Made by a program: the position numbers and the translations under genes
IMG/VR virus record: IMGVR_UViG_3300006931_000029
Coordinates: 160,955-224,954 of that record
Direction: 5' to 3' (one strand)
DNA: 64,000 bases
The notes under the pieces: generated by a model
The model's input: the letters and a program-made list of their open reading frames with translations, nothing else
The model's database searches: none
What the model was told of the DNA's origin: nothing
Shown here: positions 18,721-28,753 of the stretch, piece by piece
Layout: each line of letters begins with the position of its first letter
Numbering within the stretch: position 1 is the first letter of the stretch

Positions 18721-19347
18721 TCATACCAGTCCTGCGTCAGTTGCCTTCTGAACAATCTCAGTGGAGTCATCCAGCGAGAATTCTCCGGTGGTCATCAGTT
18801 TCTCGACCGTAATACCCTTCAAGAACTGCGGACCTGTGAATCCTGCTTTGATCAGACGCGCTATCATCGCAAGTGAGACACCTAACACGCTCCGGAAAGC
18901 AGACGCGTCCCGGTTTGATGAGTCTAGCGATTCGTCGAGGTCTCGCTCCTCGTCCTGCCGTTCGATGAAGTCTTTCGCCAGCTTCGCCATGTTCAACTTG
19001 TCGATCCTGCCTTTGATGACGTACGAGTTGTCACCCATGCCGATCGGCTCCTTGAGGGCGTACTCCGATCGAGAAAGGATTGCTTTCAATTCACCGATGT
19101 TGAACTCGTCTCTGAACAAGTCGATGGCTCCATCTCGATAGTCAGGAACGGTGTACAGCTCGACGGCCAGTTTTTCTAGTTCGGCCCAGCGGTCAAACAA
19201 GATAACCGAATGATGCTCCTCGTTGCGGTGTTCTCGGCGGAACATCACCAGTGACCGATGTACGCGATGCAGCGTAAGTGCGGGACAGGATTCTGCCGCC
19301 TTCTCCGCTGCCAAAAGTGCGGCGGCACGGAAATACAGATTGAGCAT
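18721..19347 (-). CDS. Protein with a C-terminal HhH domain resembling the NusA acidic repeat
   Basis: FRSVLGVSLAMIARLIKAGFTGPQFLKGITVEKLMTTGEFSLDDSTEIVQKA. Confidence 0.45.
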   Translation of the reverse strand: MLNLYFRAAALLAAEKAAESCPALTLHRVHRSLVMFRREHRNEEHHSVILFDRWAELEKLAVELYTVPDYRDGAIDLFRDEFNIGELKAILSRSEYALKEPIGMGDNSYVIKGRIDKLNMAKLAKDFIERQDEERDLDESLDSSNRDASAFRSVLGVSLAMIARLIKAGFTGPQFLKGITVEKLMTTGEFSLDDSTEIVQKATDAGLV

Positions 19348-20122
19348 GTCTGCGTAGAACGTAACCTGGATAGGTAAACGATTCCAGACTAAGTTATGTT
19401 TCGCTAATGTCTATCTCAACCTTGACCGTTCCGTCGGCACACTTAACCTCCATCAAACGGATCGTGCGACCTTGAAGAATGAGAATGACGAGAGTGGCAC
19501 GGCGATGGCGGTTAAAATCCCTTTCCCATGAACAGCCAGCCGATTCAACTAAGGCGCTGAGCGCTTCGTGAGCCATCGCCATCTCTTCTTTGGTAAAATC
19601 CAGTGAATCAGCCATCTTGCTCATGACGCAGATAACGTTCGAAACTTCTTCTCGTTTGCCAGTATCAACCGGAGTTTGGCCTGCGTTTCAAGATAGTGCT
19701 TGATGGTTGCAACCGTCCAACCGAAGACAGTCGCCTGTTCCCAGAGAGCCATCAAGATGTGCACGTGCTGGTTTGCATTGTGCACGGACATCCCTGAGCA
19801 GTAAAGGTTTACCTGCCGGAGAAGTTCGTTAGGATGCTCAAAGTAGTTGTCCACCTCACTCGGGTTCTTTGCGCTCTCTTCGTGCATCGTCAGACTTATC
19901 GGTAACTATCGGAGTGACCGCGATTCCATGCATGTCGATTAGCGCCACGCCATCGTCCACCATGAAGGCGTGGTCGTAGCCAGCTGCCTTCAACTTGTTA
20001 GCGATCTCGTCGAAGGCTGGTTTGCTGATCTCAAGTCTGGCGAAGGTGTGAGTGATCCTCAACATAGCGATGGACAGAACTTGGTCTGACGCGCTTGTAA
20101 ACAAAAACTTGTAGACAACGTG

Positions 20123-20593
20123 TTAATAGCCGCGCAGTTCGTCTCGAACTTCCATCAACAAATGGCCCAACTTATTTTGGCCAACGCCGTCGCACACGCC
20201 CCAAAAGTGGTCGCTCCACCAATTTTTCTCTTCAAGAAATTTCTGCCCCGTGTCCAGCAGCGCTCGCCTCATCTGTTCGTTGGCGTACTTGGCCCGAAGC
20301 ACGTCGCGCATGACGTCGACCTTCCGGGTCTCCCAATCGGCGGTAAGCTTTGCCGTCTGCCCTTTGGTCTTTGCCTGGAATGGTGAGCAGCCCTTGAAGT
20401 AAGACCGAGCATTCGGCCAATGATCTTCCTTTGGCCACTTCGCCGCCTGGTAGGCGTTCTCGCTGGACGGAAAGAACTCGCCCTCGTAGTGGAGGGGAGT
20501 CGGAAACATGTTCGACAACCAGCGATACGGGCCGAAGAACCCTCGAATCACCAGGTCGTTGTGGACGTACTCGAAGTCAGGTGGGATTCTCAC
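20123..20593 (-). CDS. NADAR (YbiA-like) family protein
   Basis: WLSNMF...FPSSENAYQAAK...WETRKVDVM...KY...LLDTG...DHFWG...GQNKLGHLLMEVR. Confidence 0.9.
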   Translation of the reverse strand: MRIPPDFEYVHNDLVIRGFFGPYRWLSNMFPTPLHYEGEFFPSSENAYQAAKWPKEDHWPNARSYFKGCSPFQAKTKGQTAKLTADWETRKVDVMRDVLRAKYANEQMRRALLDTGQKFLEEKNWWSDHFWGVCDGVGQNKLGHLLMEVRDELRGY

Positions 20594-20610
20594 CTGACAG
20601 AGAACGAAAA

Positions 20611-20841
20611 CTAGTCCTCAATCAATTTGCTGACAAGAGATTCGGCAGCTTTCCTGCCGGTCTTGATCTTGCGCCACTTCGATTGGGCGGGATCGTCATT
20701 GGTGAACATCACGCGCTTCACGCGGCCATCGGCCAATCGAATGCGCACGCCATCGTCTTTGTCGTGGCCGATCAAACCGACCACCTTGCCGACGCCAAAT
20801 TCTGGATGTTTCACGTCGTCACCGACTTGGACCATGAGCAT
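20611..20841 (-). CDS. SH3/Tudor-like small protein
   Basis: VGDDVKHPEFGVGKV, with C-terminal AESLVSKLIED. Confidence 0.55.
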   Translation of the reverse strand: MLMVQVGDDVKHPEFGVGKVVGLIGHDKDDGVRIRLADGRVKRVMFTNDDPAQSKWRKIKTGRKAAESLVSKLIED

Positions 20842-20879
20842 GATGACTAATTACTCTGTCAGGAAACGGGTGTAAACGC

Positions 20880-21563
20880 CTAACTGACGCCGGCGTGGAG
20901 TTGGCGCATCTGATCCGGCGAGAGCCAGTGGTATCCGAGTTGGGTTCTTGCGAAAGACATCGGATGGTTCAGGGTTTCCGGCGCCATCGTGTGGAGCAGG
21001 AAGGTGTCGTACATCAAGACGTCACCGATGGCCCGCCACCAATAGCCGATCGTCACGTCCGCGTAACCGTTCCAGGTTGGGTTTGGATGGTTGCCAATGT
21101 AGTCGAACAGGCGTTTAACCAGCGCGGCGCTGATGGCAAATCCCGCACCTCCGGCGTAGTACTGGACGTGGATGTCGGTCTTCTCACCGTGCATGCTGTC
21201 TCTGTACTTGTCCTTGTCCGGTGAAAACCAGAATGGCCAGCCAGTTGCGATCGACCGTCCTGGTTGCCGACCCACCATTACCTCCTCGAGATGGAGGACC
21301 AGGTTGTTGACGAGCACGTAGCCATCATCATCGGCGAAGTAGTACCAGTCTTGGGTCGGATCGTAGTTGCTCCTGTCTTTGAAGAAGGCAACGTACTTCA
21401 ACGCCATGTTGTCGTAGCCGATGGCCGTGCCATAGCCGACCTTCTCGGGACCGGGTTCGTCGCTGAGGAAGACGAAGTTTTGTCCCTTCAACCAAGTCTC
21501 TCGCTGGGCTTTCTGCCGCTCAAGGTACTTTTCGCAAGTCAGTAGGACGTATTTGATCTTCAC
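20880..21563 (-). CDS. Fringe-like (GT31) glycosyltransferase
   Basis: RETW, WYYFADDDGYV..NL, YYAGGAGFAIS, ADVTIGYW, YHW. No TM anchor. Confidence 0.85.
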   Translation of the reverse strand: MKIKYVLLTCEKYLERQKAQRETWLKGQNFVFLSDEPGPEKVGYGTAIGYDNMALKYVAFFKDRSNYDPTQDWYYFADDDGYVLVNNLVLHLEEVMVGRQPGRSIATGWPFWFSPDKDKYRDSMHGEKTDIHVQYYAGGAGFAISAALVKRLFDYIGNHPNPTWNGYADVTIGYWWRAIGDVLMYDTFLLHTMAPETLNHPMSFARTQLGYHWLSPDQMRQLHAGVS

Positions 21564-22057
21564 GGCTGCTTGCGTTTGCGCGTGGGTAAAACGTATCCCT
21601 GAGCTTTAGCAAAATCTCTCAGCTGGTTCGCCGCCGCTTCAATCTCTGCATCGGTCACGCCGTCGTCGGTGTCGTCCCAAATGGCGGAAATTTGTTGCTG
21701 GTAATACTCGGTGTCTGAGAAGTCTACCACCGATTCTCCGGTCTTCAAACTGTCCAGATTGACCTTGGAAAAGATACGAAATAGCTCCTCGACTGGAGGA
21801 AGTTTTCTCTTCTCCGGAGCGTTATTCGACGCCCATGCCTTCAGCTTATCGATCTCGTCGGCGCCATAAGCTTGGTCTTCGTCTTCTTGCTGAATCGAAT
21901 TCCAGTCATCGTCGTCCAGCGCCAAGATAAGGCGTTTGAGTTCGGCCTCGTCCTTGATCCTCACGCCTAACTCGATCGCCAACCGATGAGCCAAGCTCAG
22001 AATCGGATCGATGTGGTTCTCCGCAAGCAGCTTCTCGACGAGGTCTTCTGGTTTCAT
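21560..22057 (-). CDS. Acidic protein with an MKPEDLVEKLLAE N-terminus
   Basis: Shares its N-terminal motif with 13364-13633. Confidence 0.6.
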   Translation of the reverse strand: MKPEDLVEKLLAENHIDPILSLAHRLAIELGVRIKDEAELKRLILALDDDDWNSIQQEDEDQAYGADEIDKLKAWASNNAPEKRKLPPVEELFRIFSKVNLDSLKTGESVVDFSDTEYYQQQISAIWDDTDDGVTDAEIEAAANQLRDFAKAQGYVLPTRKRKQP

Positions 22058-22095
22058 GGCTGTGTTTTAACCACTTCAGCTGCGTTTTGTAAACA

Positions 22096-22740
22096 TTATT
22101 TCCTCAGCCATCCGGTATGGTTCGGAGTCTGCCAGTTAGGAAGGTAGCCGATCTTCCTGAAGTGGTCGTGCACTGCCTTCTGGACTCCGGTGTAACCCCA
22201 ATCGTCGACGATCAAGATGCCGCCCGGTACCAGTTTGTCCCACAGATAGTCCATGGCCACAACCGTCGGGTCGTGCATGTCCATATCAAGGCGGAGCATT
22301 GCAATCGGACCTGGTTGATTGTCCGGCAACGGCAGAGTGTTCTGAATCCATCCCTCGACCAACCGGAACTGTTCGAATGGCAGGTTCAGCTCGATGATGT
22401 GGTTCTCGACGTCGGTTCGCCGGTGCGCCGTGATCCCACTCGACACGAGGAGGTCTTCAGGTAGTTCGCGATTCGGGTCGAGCTTGTCGCCGAATCCCGG
22501 CTGGTATTCGTCGTGGCGACCGGCCAGTTGAATGCCTTCGAAAGAATCGTAACCCCAAACCGTCTTCGTCTTGGCCGCGAGGTGCATTGCAATGATGGAT
22601 GAACCCATCGCGACGCCGCACTCAACCAAATCTCCTTCCAGGTTAGACGCTTCTTGTGCGAGACGATACGTCTCTTGAAGCGTGGATTCGAAACCGTAGA
22701 AACGGTGGAGGATTTTCTTGAGGATTTCCTGGTCGGTCAT
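22096..22740 (-). CDS. TylF/MycF/NovP-family O-methyltransferase
   Basis: EGDLVECGVAMG, WGYDSFEG, VEGWIQNTLP, IAMLRLDMDM, LVPGGILIVDDW. Confidence 0.9.
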   Translation of the reverse strand: MTDQEILKKILHRFYGFESTLQETYRLAQEASNLEGDLVECGVAMGSSIIAMHLAAKTKTVWGYDSFEGIQLAGRHDEYQPGFGDKLDPNRELPEDLLVSSGITAHRRTDVENHIIELNLPFEQFRLVEGWIQNTLPLPDNQPGPIAMLRLDMDMHDPTVVAMDYLWDKLVPGGILIVDDWGYTGVQKAVHDHFRKIGYLPNWQTPNHTGWLRK

Positions 22741-23531
22741 TCGTTAAGTACCGGCTTGGTCTTCTTCCACTCCTCGATCAGGTAGCAGAGGCGCTCGTAC
22801 TCCAGCTCGTCGATACTCAACAGCGTGAGCCACGTCTTGAAGTAGTTGTCCAACTCTTGGGCGCGAGGATGCGTCTGCTTGTGATAAATCTCAAAGTCCT
22901 TCCTGTTTTGAACCTTGTCGGCGATCAGCATCTGCTTCACCTCGGGCAGTGGCGACATGGTCAAACTCTGCAACTCGTCGAAGCTGAGGTAGGAGTTGGC
23001 CGTGCGACGGTACTCCATGGCGAGGATGATGACGCTGATGCCATCGTTAGCCACGCCGTGAACCAGCCAGTTTCGATGAACCGAATCCAGGTCCATGGAG
23101 TGTTCCAGGTTCACGTCGTCTTGCACGAACGGGTGCAGGCAAAAGGCCATCATCGCATTTGGCGTGGCTCCGATCGCCTTCAAGACGACGATCCCTTCGT
23201 CGATGTGGTTGATGTACGGAACGCCGGACCGCTGGGCTTTCTTCTCGGCGTAGAATCCTTTGATCGCTGCGTACGAGCAGGACTTGGTAACGTCCCACGC
23301 GATCGGTTCGACGGGCTCCATCTCGTCGTAGCAATAGGCGCCGGTGTGTTGGCTTTCGTCGTGCTTGACGAACCAAACGTCGCCTCCGTGACCGGGCACG
23401 TGACCGACAACGGTACCCTTTATGCCGATCTCTCGGCACTCTAGATGCCGAGGCACGATCATCATTCCGTCTGTGGTTCCGAGTTTAGCAATCCTGACCT
23501 TCAAGTAGGGTTTGACGTCGTTGCAGTTCAT
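22737..23531 (-). CDS. HD-like domain protein with a small N-terminal beta domain
   Basis: AQRSGVPYINHIDEG, AFCLHP, LIADKVQNRKDF. Confidence 0.55.
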   Translation of the reverse strand: MNCNDVKPYLKVRIAKLGTTDGMMIVPRHLECREIGIKGTVVGHVPGHGGDVWFVKHDESQHTGAYCYDEMEPVEPIAWDVTKSCSYAAIKGFYAEKKAQRSGVPYINHIDEGIVVLKAIGATPNAMMAFCLHPFVQDDVNLEHSMDLDSVHRNWLVHGVANDGISVIILAMEYRRTANSYLSFDELQSLTMSPLPEVKQMLIADKVQNRKDFEIYHKQTHPRAQELDNYFKTWLTLLSIDELEYERLCYLIEEWKKTKPVLNE

Positions 23532-23797
23532 GCTGGGTTGGTGGCTTCTTCGAAGTTAGTTGTGAGAAAGTGTGGCGCAAGACCACCGATCATCGTCAAG
23601 AAGATAGGCGATCCGTTGTTGAGTGCTTCGAGCTGCTCCTTCGACGGAGTGTGGGCGACAACGCACATCTGCAATCCATCGCATGAGCCTTGGCTGATAG
23701 GACCGATGAACCCAGGAATTGTGCGAACCTGACTCTCAGCGAGTCCTGCTGGCGGACCAAAGTCAGTGTTGGCCTGTGGGAATTTGGTGAATTGCAT
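23528..23797 (-). CDS. Hypothetical protein
   Basis: MQFTKFPQAN.FGPP...PSKEQLEALNNG.PIFL. Confidence 0.6.
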   Translation of the reverse strand: MQFTKFPQANTDFGPPAGLAESQVRTIPGFIGPISQGSCDGLQMCVVAHTPSKEQLEALNNGSPIFLTMIGGLAPHFLTTNFEEATNPA

Positions 23798-24490
23798 CGA
23801 GTCTTTCTTTTCCTGCCGGCGTGATCCAGTAGCCCATGCCGATCTTAGTGGCGTACTTCAAACTTTCCAGATGGACGCACGACTTTGGGTTGAACCTGTA
23901 GGACTTGCGGTTGAGGTTGTGAGCCCGCATGTCCGTCAACGCAAGCAACTGGCGAGTGGTCAATTGAGTGTTCATGGTAGGAGTTTCTCCACTTCATCTA
24001 TCCTACCGGCGTCTACGGCGTCTCGAGGAGAGCAACCTAAGTCAGGATGGACTGTGAACCACCACCTCATCGAAGGAATCCTCTTGCCCAAATCCAACAG
24101 GCGTTGAGCCATACCGTCGTCCATCGGCAGCGTGTTGCTGTTGGTATTCGTAACCACGTTCAGAAGAACTTAACCGCCGACGCCTAGCGGCGCGTTGCTT
24201 GGCACATTTGTCTTCGGCGCAAGCGTCGCAGAGTTTGCCGTGTCCGCCGATTGGCCCATAGTACCGTGCTGGTCGATAGCACCGGGGCTTGGAGCAATAG
24301 ACTTCCGGTTTATCGTGCAAAACTGACAGAACGAAACTGGTATGGGTGGTGGAAGTGGCATGACCAGCATGGATTGGTCGCAGCGACACTGCAGAATCTT
24401 TCCACCATTCAGCAATTTGCGTCCGAAGGGAATCATAAAACACGCACAGCCGATCTAGCTGGTCGACGGGCATTCACCCTCGTTAAGAAC

Positions 24491-24700
24491 ACCTGTCATC
24501 CCAAACCAGATCGGCTATGCGGCCCGTCACGCACGACGGGTTGTGGCCCTTTGGTTGCGCCAGTGTGCAGGGTATAGCGATGAGCTGCAGTCTCGTTCGC
24601 ATCTGCTCCTAAAGCCTGTCCAACCGGGACTTTTATGACTATGACAGGTTAACCCACCCGTCGATTCGAGGATGAACCGGGTTTCGCTAAACTGTGCCAG
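24491..24700 (-). ncRNA. Candidate structured non-coding RNA of about 210 nt
   Basis: Gap in the gene array bounded by GTTCT motifs, with a 9-bp closing helix ACCTGTCAT/ATGACAGGT and several internal hairpins. Confidence 0.45.
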
Positions 24701-25381
24701 AGAGAACGCTATTTGATCCTCCACGGCGGGCGACTGCGCAACGCGTGCAGCACATCAATTCCCATCCAGATAAAGCCGATGATGAGGCAAGCCCTCAGAA
24801 AGCCAGGTGTTGCAGTATCGAGCACGTAAAACGTGGCAGCTGCAATGCACATCGCAAGGATACCGCATAGAAACAACCAGAGAATCCACTCAGTCTTCAT
24901 CGTGGAGTATTTCTATGAAACGTTCCGCTCGTTCCTGTTCATCCATCACAAAGTTGACGAAGTCGTATGACTTTGTCGGCCACTCGAGAACCTGAGCCGA
25001 CGTCATCGACGAACCCTCAGGTGGTTTCATACACGACATCTTCCTGACAGACTTCATCGCCAAGCGGTCGTCGTCATCGACCCGCACATCGACGATGTCA
25101 AGCGCGTCTTCCTCAAGATCGTTGTAGATGCCGTTGTCGTCGCTGATCTCTGTTGCGCGACCCTCCTCGGGGTTCAAGAGCATCAAGTGACCTAGCGCGT
25201 CTCGGTAAACTGCTCCGCGGAAGGTCATCGTTTGCGATTGCGTAGATGCCAAATCAACGGCATGGCGGTTGCAAAGCCTAGCCACGGAATCCATATCAGT
25301 AACGCCCATGCGTGGAACGTAGTCACGAGACAGGCCAGCGCAAACGGTACCCACGCTGCAATCAGCATGCCGATGAAAGGA

Positions 25382-25843
25382 TTAGCTGGAGCTTTCATGT
25401 TTGGCTGGAAGCAGAAACTCCTTGGCAAAATCTCGGTTATTCAATCCAGTGTATTTCCAATCGTCAACGTCTTGTCTCGACGGTGTGACTGGTTGACCGT
25501 TGTGAGTCCACACAATCTTGGCTAACGTCATGCTTTCGATCCGCGCAAGATACTCCAACACTTTGGCGAGATGAGTCAGTTCCACCGTCTCAGCGGCGGG
25601 CTCAGTGTCTACGTTCGGCTCTTCACGCTTGAAGATACGGATGAGCTGACCCATCTTGATGTTGTTGTAGACAATGGCCGACTGGCGTCCTTGATGGAAG
25701 TTCACGCCGTAGTAGTCGTTCCTCTCCTTGCACCAGGCGATCCATTCGTCGCAGCTGGCAAGCTCCGCCTTGTACTCGCGTTCGTACAGCGCCTCAAAAT
25801 CAGCCAGAGACTTAGGGTGAACGTATGGCGTCGGCGAACTCAT
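25382..25843 (-). CDS. Hypothetical protein
   Basis: 153-aa ORF with GTTCT 7 nt upstream. Confidence 0.65.
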   Translation of the reverse strand: MSSPTPYVHPKSLADFEALYEREYKAELASCDEWIAWCKERNDYYGVNFHQGRQSAIVYNNIKMGQLIRIFKREEPNVDTEPAAETVELTHLAKVLEYLARIESMTLAKIVWTHNGQPVTPSRQDVDDWKYTGLNNRDFAKEFLLPAKHESSS

Positions 25844-25854
25844 GTTGGTTAGAA

Positions 25855-26226
25855 CTAACCCTGTGACGGGTCTCCGTCCATGTCCAATATCCGAGTGGGA
25901 CGTGGGAATTCGGTGATGTAGAGATGCCGACCTACTTCCTTCGCCACGATTATCGGTCGTGCACCACCGACCGGATAGATGTCAAGGATATAGGAGCCGA
26001 AGTCCAACCATGAATGCTCCCATAGCTTCGACGGCACGTACCAGCCACGAACCACTGTGCCTTTGCCCGTCCACTCATGGAAAGTCTTCGCTGCGGTGTG
26101 GCAATCAGAGATTCCTTCCAGCATGTTCAACGCTGTCCACGCGTCAGCCAACAGCTCGTCGATCTCGGCCGGCGTACTCGGCAAGTCGCCAGAGACCTGA
26201 GCGTAAGGCGTGAACGTCGGTTTCAT
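25855..26226 (-). CDS. Putative transglutaminase/papain-like fold protein
   Basis: Candidate Cys-His-Asp triad: DCHTAA...EHSWL...ILDI. Confidence 0.45.
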   Translation of the reverse strand: MKPTFTPYAQVSGDLPSTPAEIDELLADAWTALNMLEGISDCHTAAKTFHEWTGKGTVVRGWYVPSKLWEHSWLDFGSYILDIYPVGGARPIIVAKEVGRHLYITEFPRPTRILDMDGDPSQG

Positions 26227-27044
26227 TCTTCGACGTTAACGTAATGGTAAGGAACAGGCGGCGTGCCCTTCTCCTGAATACGAAAGTTGCGTGCGCCCGC
26301 CTCCACTAAATCTTGAATCGTAGCTTCAGGGTCAATGAAAATCCTAACGCCTCGCCCATCGATCATCTCGAGTTGCTCAGGGCGGGTACGGATTTCGTGA
26401 ATGACTTTCTTCTTCATGCTATTCGTGTCGTGGAACCGATTGAGGATAGATGGACAAGTAGTGGGCAGGACACATGCAGTGGCGTTTGAACTCGACCTCT
26501 CGGTGTGCAGACATTACTGTTTCAAGTACGTCCCTCGGGTGACACGGGAATCGTATCGAGACTTCGCCCTTGCCACGGCAGTCGTTGCATTCCCAACCGA
26601 AGACCTGAGAAGTTGGCGTCACAACTGTGGCAGTTCCGGGTTTGGATCGGGCATCCAGTGAGTGACGTGTTCAGTCTTCAACCAGTAACGGCCGCCGTCC
26701 GGAGCTGAGAAGTATGGATACCGCTTGTCATTGTCGGCGAAGAAGAAACCACCACGATAGACGTGTCCATACCTGATGAAGCGAACCATATCGCCTGCGT
26801 GAGGAATCGGTGCGCCATCCACGATTTTGATCCACGCGTCGGTGTAGACACCTAGCTCCTCCATGCGATCGGCAATAACCTTTCGGCGCTCATCAGGTTT
26901 CAAACCCTCCTTTGGTTTGCACGTCTCGGTTCCGATGAGTCGACGAGTCTTTGCATCGAACGTCCAAACTGTCAACATGCGACAGTTTGCGTGGATTTTG
27001 TAACCGTGGTAGAAGGCACCGGACGCTTTAGCTGGAGGCATAAA

Positions 27045-27284
27045 TTATGCTGGCGTTGCTTTGTCGATGATCTCGGCCAGCTCACGGTGGTCCGCTGTCC
27101 GCAGGTCTTTGCCGCGCCGACGAAGCTCTTCGTTCGTCTTGATCAACGTCTCAGTCACGCGACCGTGGGTCTCTTCTGACCCACCCAAGACGGTGAAGCT
27201 GTCTGCCTTCGTGATCCTCTTGTGACCGTCGTGGTTGTCCAGCCCGAGTCCAAGAAGATGTGGATTTTGGTTGTGTCGGCTCAT
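27045..27284 (-). CDS. Small conserved protein, probably host-derived (PVC group)
   Basis: LLGLGLDNHDGHKRIT...GGSEETH recalled as a Verrucomicrobia/Planctomycetes hypothetical family. Not verified by search. Confidence 0.5.
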   Translation of the reverse strand: MSRHNQNPHLLGLGLDNHDGHKRITKADSFTVLGGSEETHGRVTETLIKTNEELRRRGKDLRTADHRELAEIIDKATPA

Positions 27285-27701
27285 GGAGTAAGAATCGGGA
27301 TACGGTCCTTCTTGAACGTAACCCAGGTGATTTGAAGTGTTGGATTGGAGCAGCCCTTCGGTCCCCATTCGCTGGAAACTTTCAGGACTTCGGTGTTGTT
27401 GGCACGGTACTGCCTAACTCGATCGTTGAACACTTCTTCGTCATCTGGTCCGTGAACTTCAACCTCCACTCCATTGACCGTAACGAAGGCGTCAGTGTTG
27501 GTCGGGAAAATCAAGCCGTCTCCACCGAAACCCTGCTCACGCAACCGCTTGCAAACGGCCTGCGCATGGAAGAAATTAGGATGTTTGTCAGTTGAGGAAT
27601 TGTCTTCGTTGCCGAGGCTGACCGTTTCTGGCCACCACGCCTTCGACACGAATTCAACTTGGTATGCTGACATTGTAAACAAGAACTTGCCAGACTCCAG
27701 A

Positions 27702-28172
27702 TTATGAAGCCTTGCGTGGACGGATGGTGACTTTTATGCCTTTCGATGCATAAAGTCTGTTGATCAAGTCATCGGCAACCCAATTCTGTTCACGAGGAAT
27801 CCACGTGAGAATCATCTCGGAACGCCACAGCTTTCTGCATTCCTCCCGCAGAGTGTAGAGAGCCGGCACGTTGCACTGCCATTTCTCGGTGAACTGGTTC
27901 ACGACCAGCTGTGAATCCATGAACAAGGCGATCGGCTGAGGCTTTGCGTTCTGCGAAAGCCATTGCAACGTGCCTCTCAACGCCCGCCACTCGGCAACGT
28001 TGTTCGTCATCCCGTTCCCGTTGCCAAGTATGAGAGCTGCCTGCTTCAGTGGCTTGGGTCGTGGATCGTCCTTACCGCCGGACACAGCGCCTTCGAAGGC
28101 TGCGAACGCGCACGCGCCGTATCCACCCGGATTGAATGGTTCACAAGCTCCATCGATGAAGACCGTAATCAT
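27702..28172 (-). CDS. rnhA: Ribonuclease HI family protein
   Basis: FIDGAC, TNNVAEWRAL, MDSQLVVNQ, WIPREQN.VAD (D-E-D-D catalytic residues). Confidence 0.85.
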   Translation of the reverse strand: MITVFIDGACEPFNPGGYGACAFAAFEGAVSGGKDDPRPKPLKQAALILGNGNGMTNNVAEWRALRGTLQWLSQNAKPQPIALFMDSQLVVNQFTEKWQCNVPALYTLREECRKLWRSEMILTWIPREQNWVADDLINRLYASKGIKVTIRPRKAS

Positions 28173-28753
28173 GCGACCGCCTTTTTCTTTTTAGCTTCGT
28201 CGATAGCTTGGATGCAGTGGTGAAAGTTGGATGAGTCGCACGAAGCCCGGCGGCTACCGTTGTCGTACGTGCCTGTGAAGTGTTCCTTGAGCCACGCCTC
28301 CACGAACTTGTGATTGACCATCCTGCTACAGGCGTCGTAGAAGCAAACGAGGAACCCGTCAATCTCCACCCACTGCACCTCGATGTTAACCGGTTGTCTG
28401 TAGACCTCGCCGACCCGAACCAACCAACCAGGGCTTATCTGCTTCCAGTCGTATGCACGTTCGCTGAGTGGGCCGAATCGCTTCACTGAGTCATCGATCC
28501 CTTTCAGGTACGACTTCGCCAGGCATAAGCCGGACGGGTTGTCTCGGTAGTTGCATTCGAGGAAGTCCACCATCTCCCTCAGGGCGTTAGTGTAACCGAA
28601 CCGTGCCTCCCTAGCATAGCGAGACCAGAACTGCTGCACCTCGTTACCCGTAGCTTCGACGATGAACAGCGTTTCTTTCAACCGTGTCTCGGCCGTATCA
28701 TTCGGCCGGTAGTTACGGTTCGGATACTCGGGAGCTGGAAGCGGATTGATCAT
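28169..28753 (-). CDS. Hypothetical protein
   Basis: Likely start MINPLP. FIVEAT...FYDACSRMV...SNFHHC. Confidence 0.6.
   Translation of the reverse strand: MINPLPAPEYPNRNYRPNDTAETRLKETLFIVEATGNEVQQFWSRYAREARFGYTNALREMVDFLECNYRDNPSGLCLAKSYLKGIDDSVKRFGPLSERAYDWKQISPGWLVRVGEVYRQPVNIEVQWVEIDGFLVCFYDACSRMVNHKFVEAWLKEHFTGTYDNGSRRASCDSSNFHHCIQAIDEAKKKKAVA

Noticed and set aside
24677-24689. 13-nt match TAGCGAAACCCGG shared with 56365-56377
   Set aside because: The copies are in opposite orientation relative to transcription, and many 13-mer matches are expected by chance in 64 kb.
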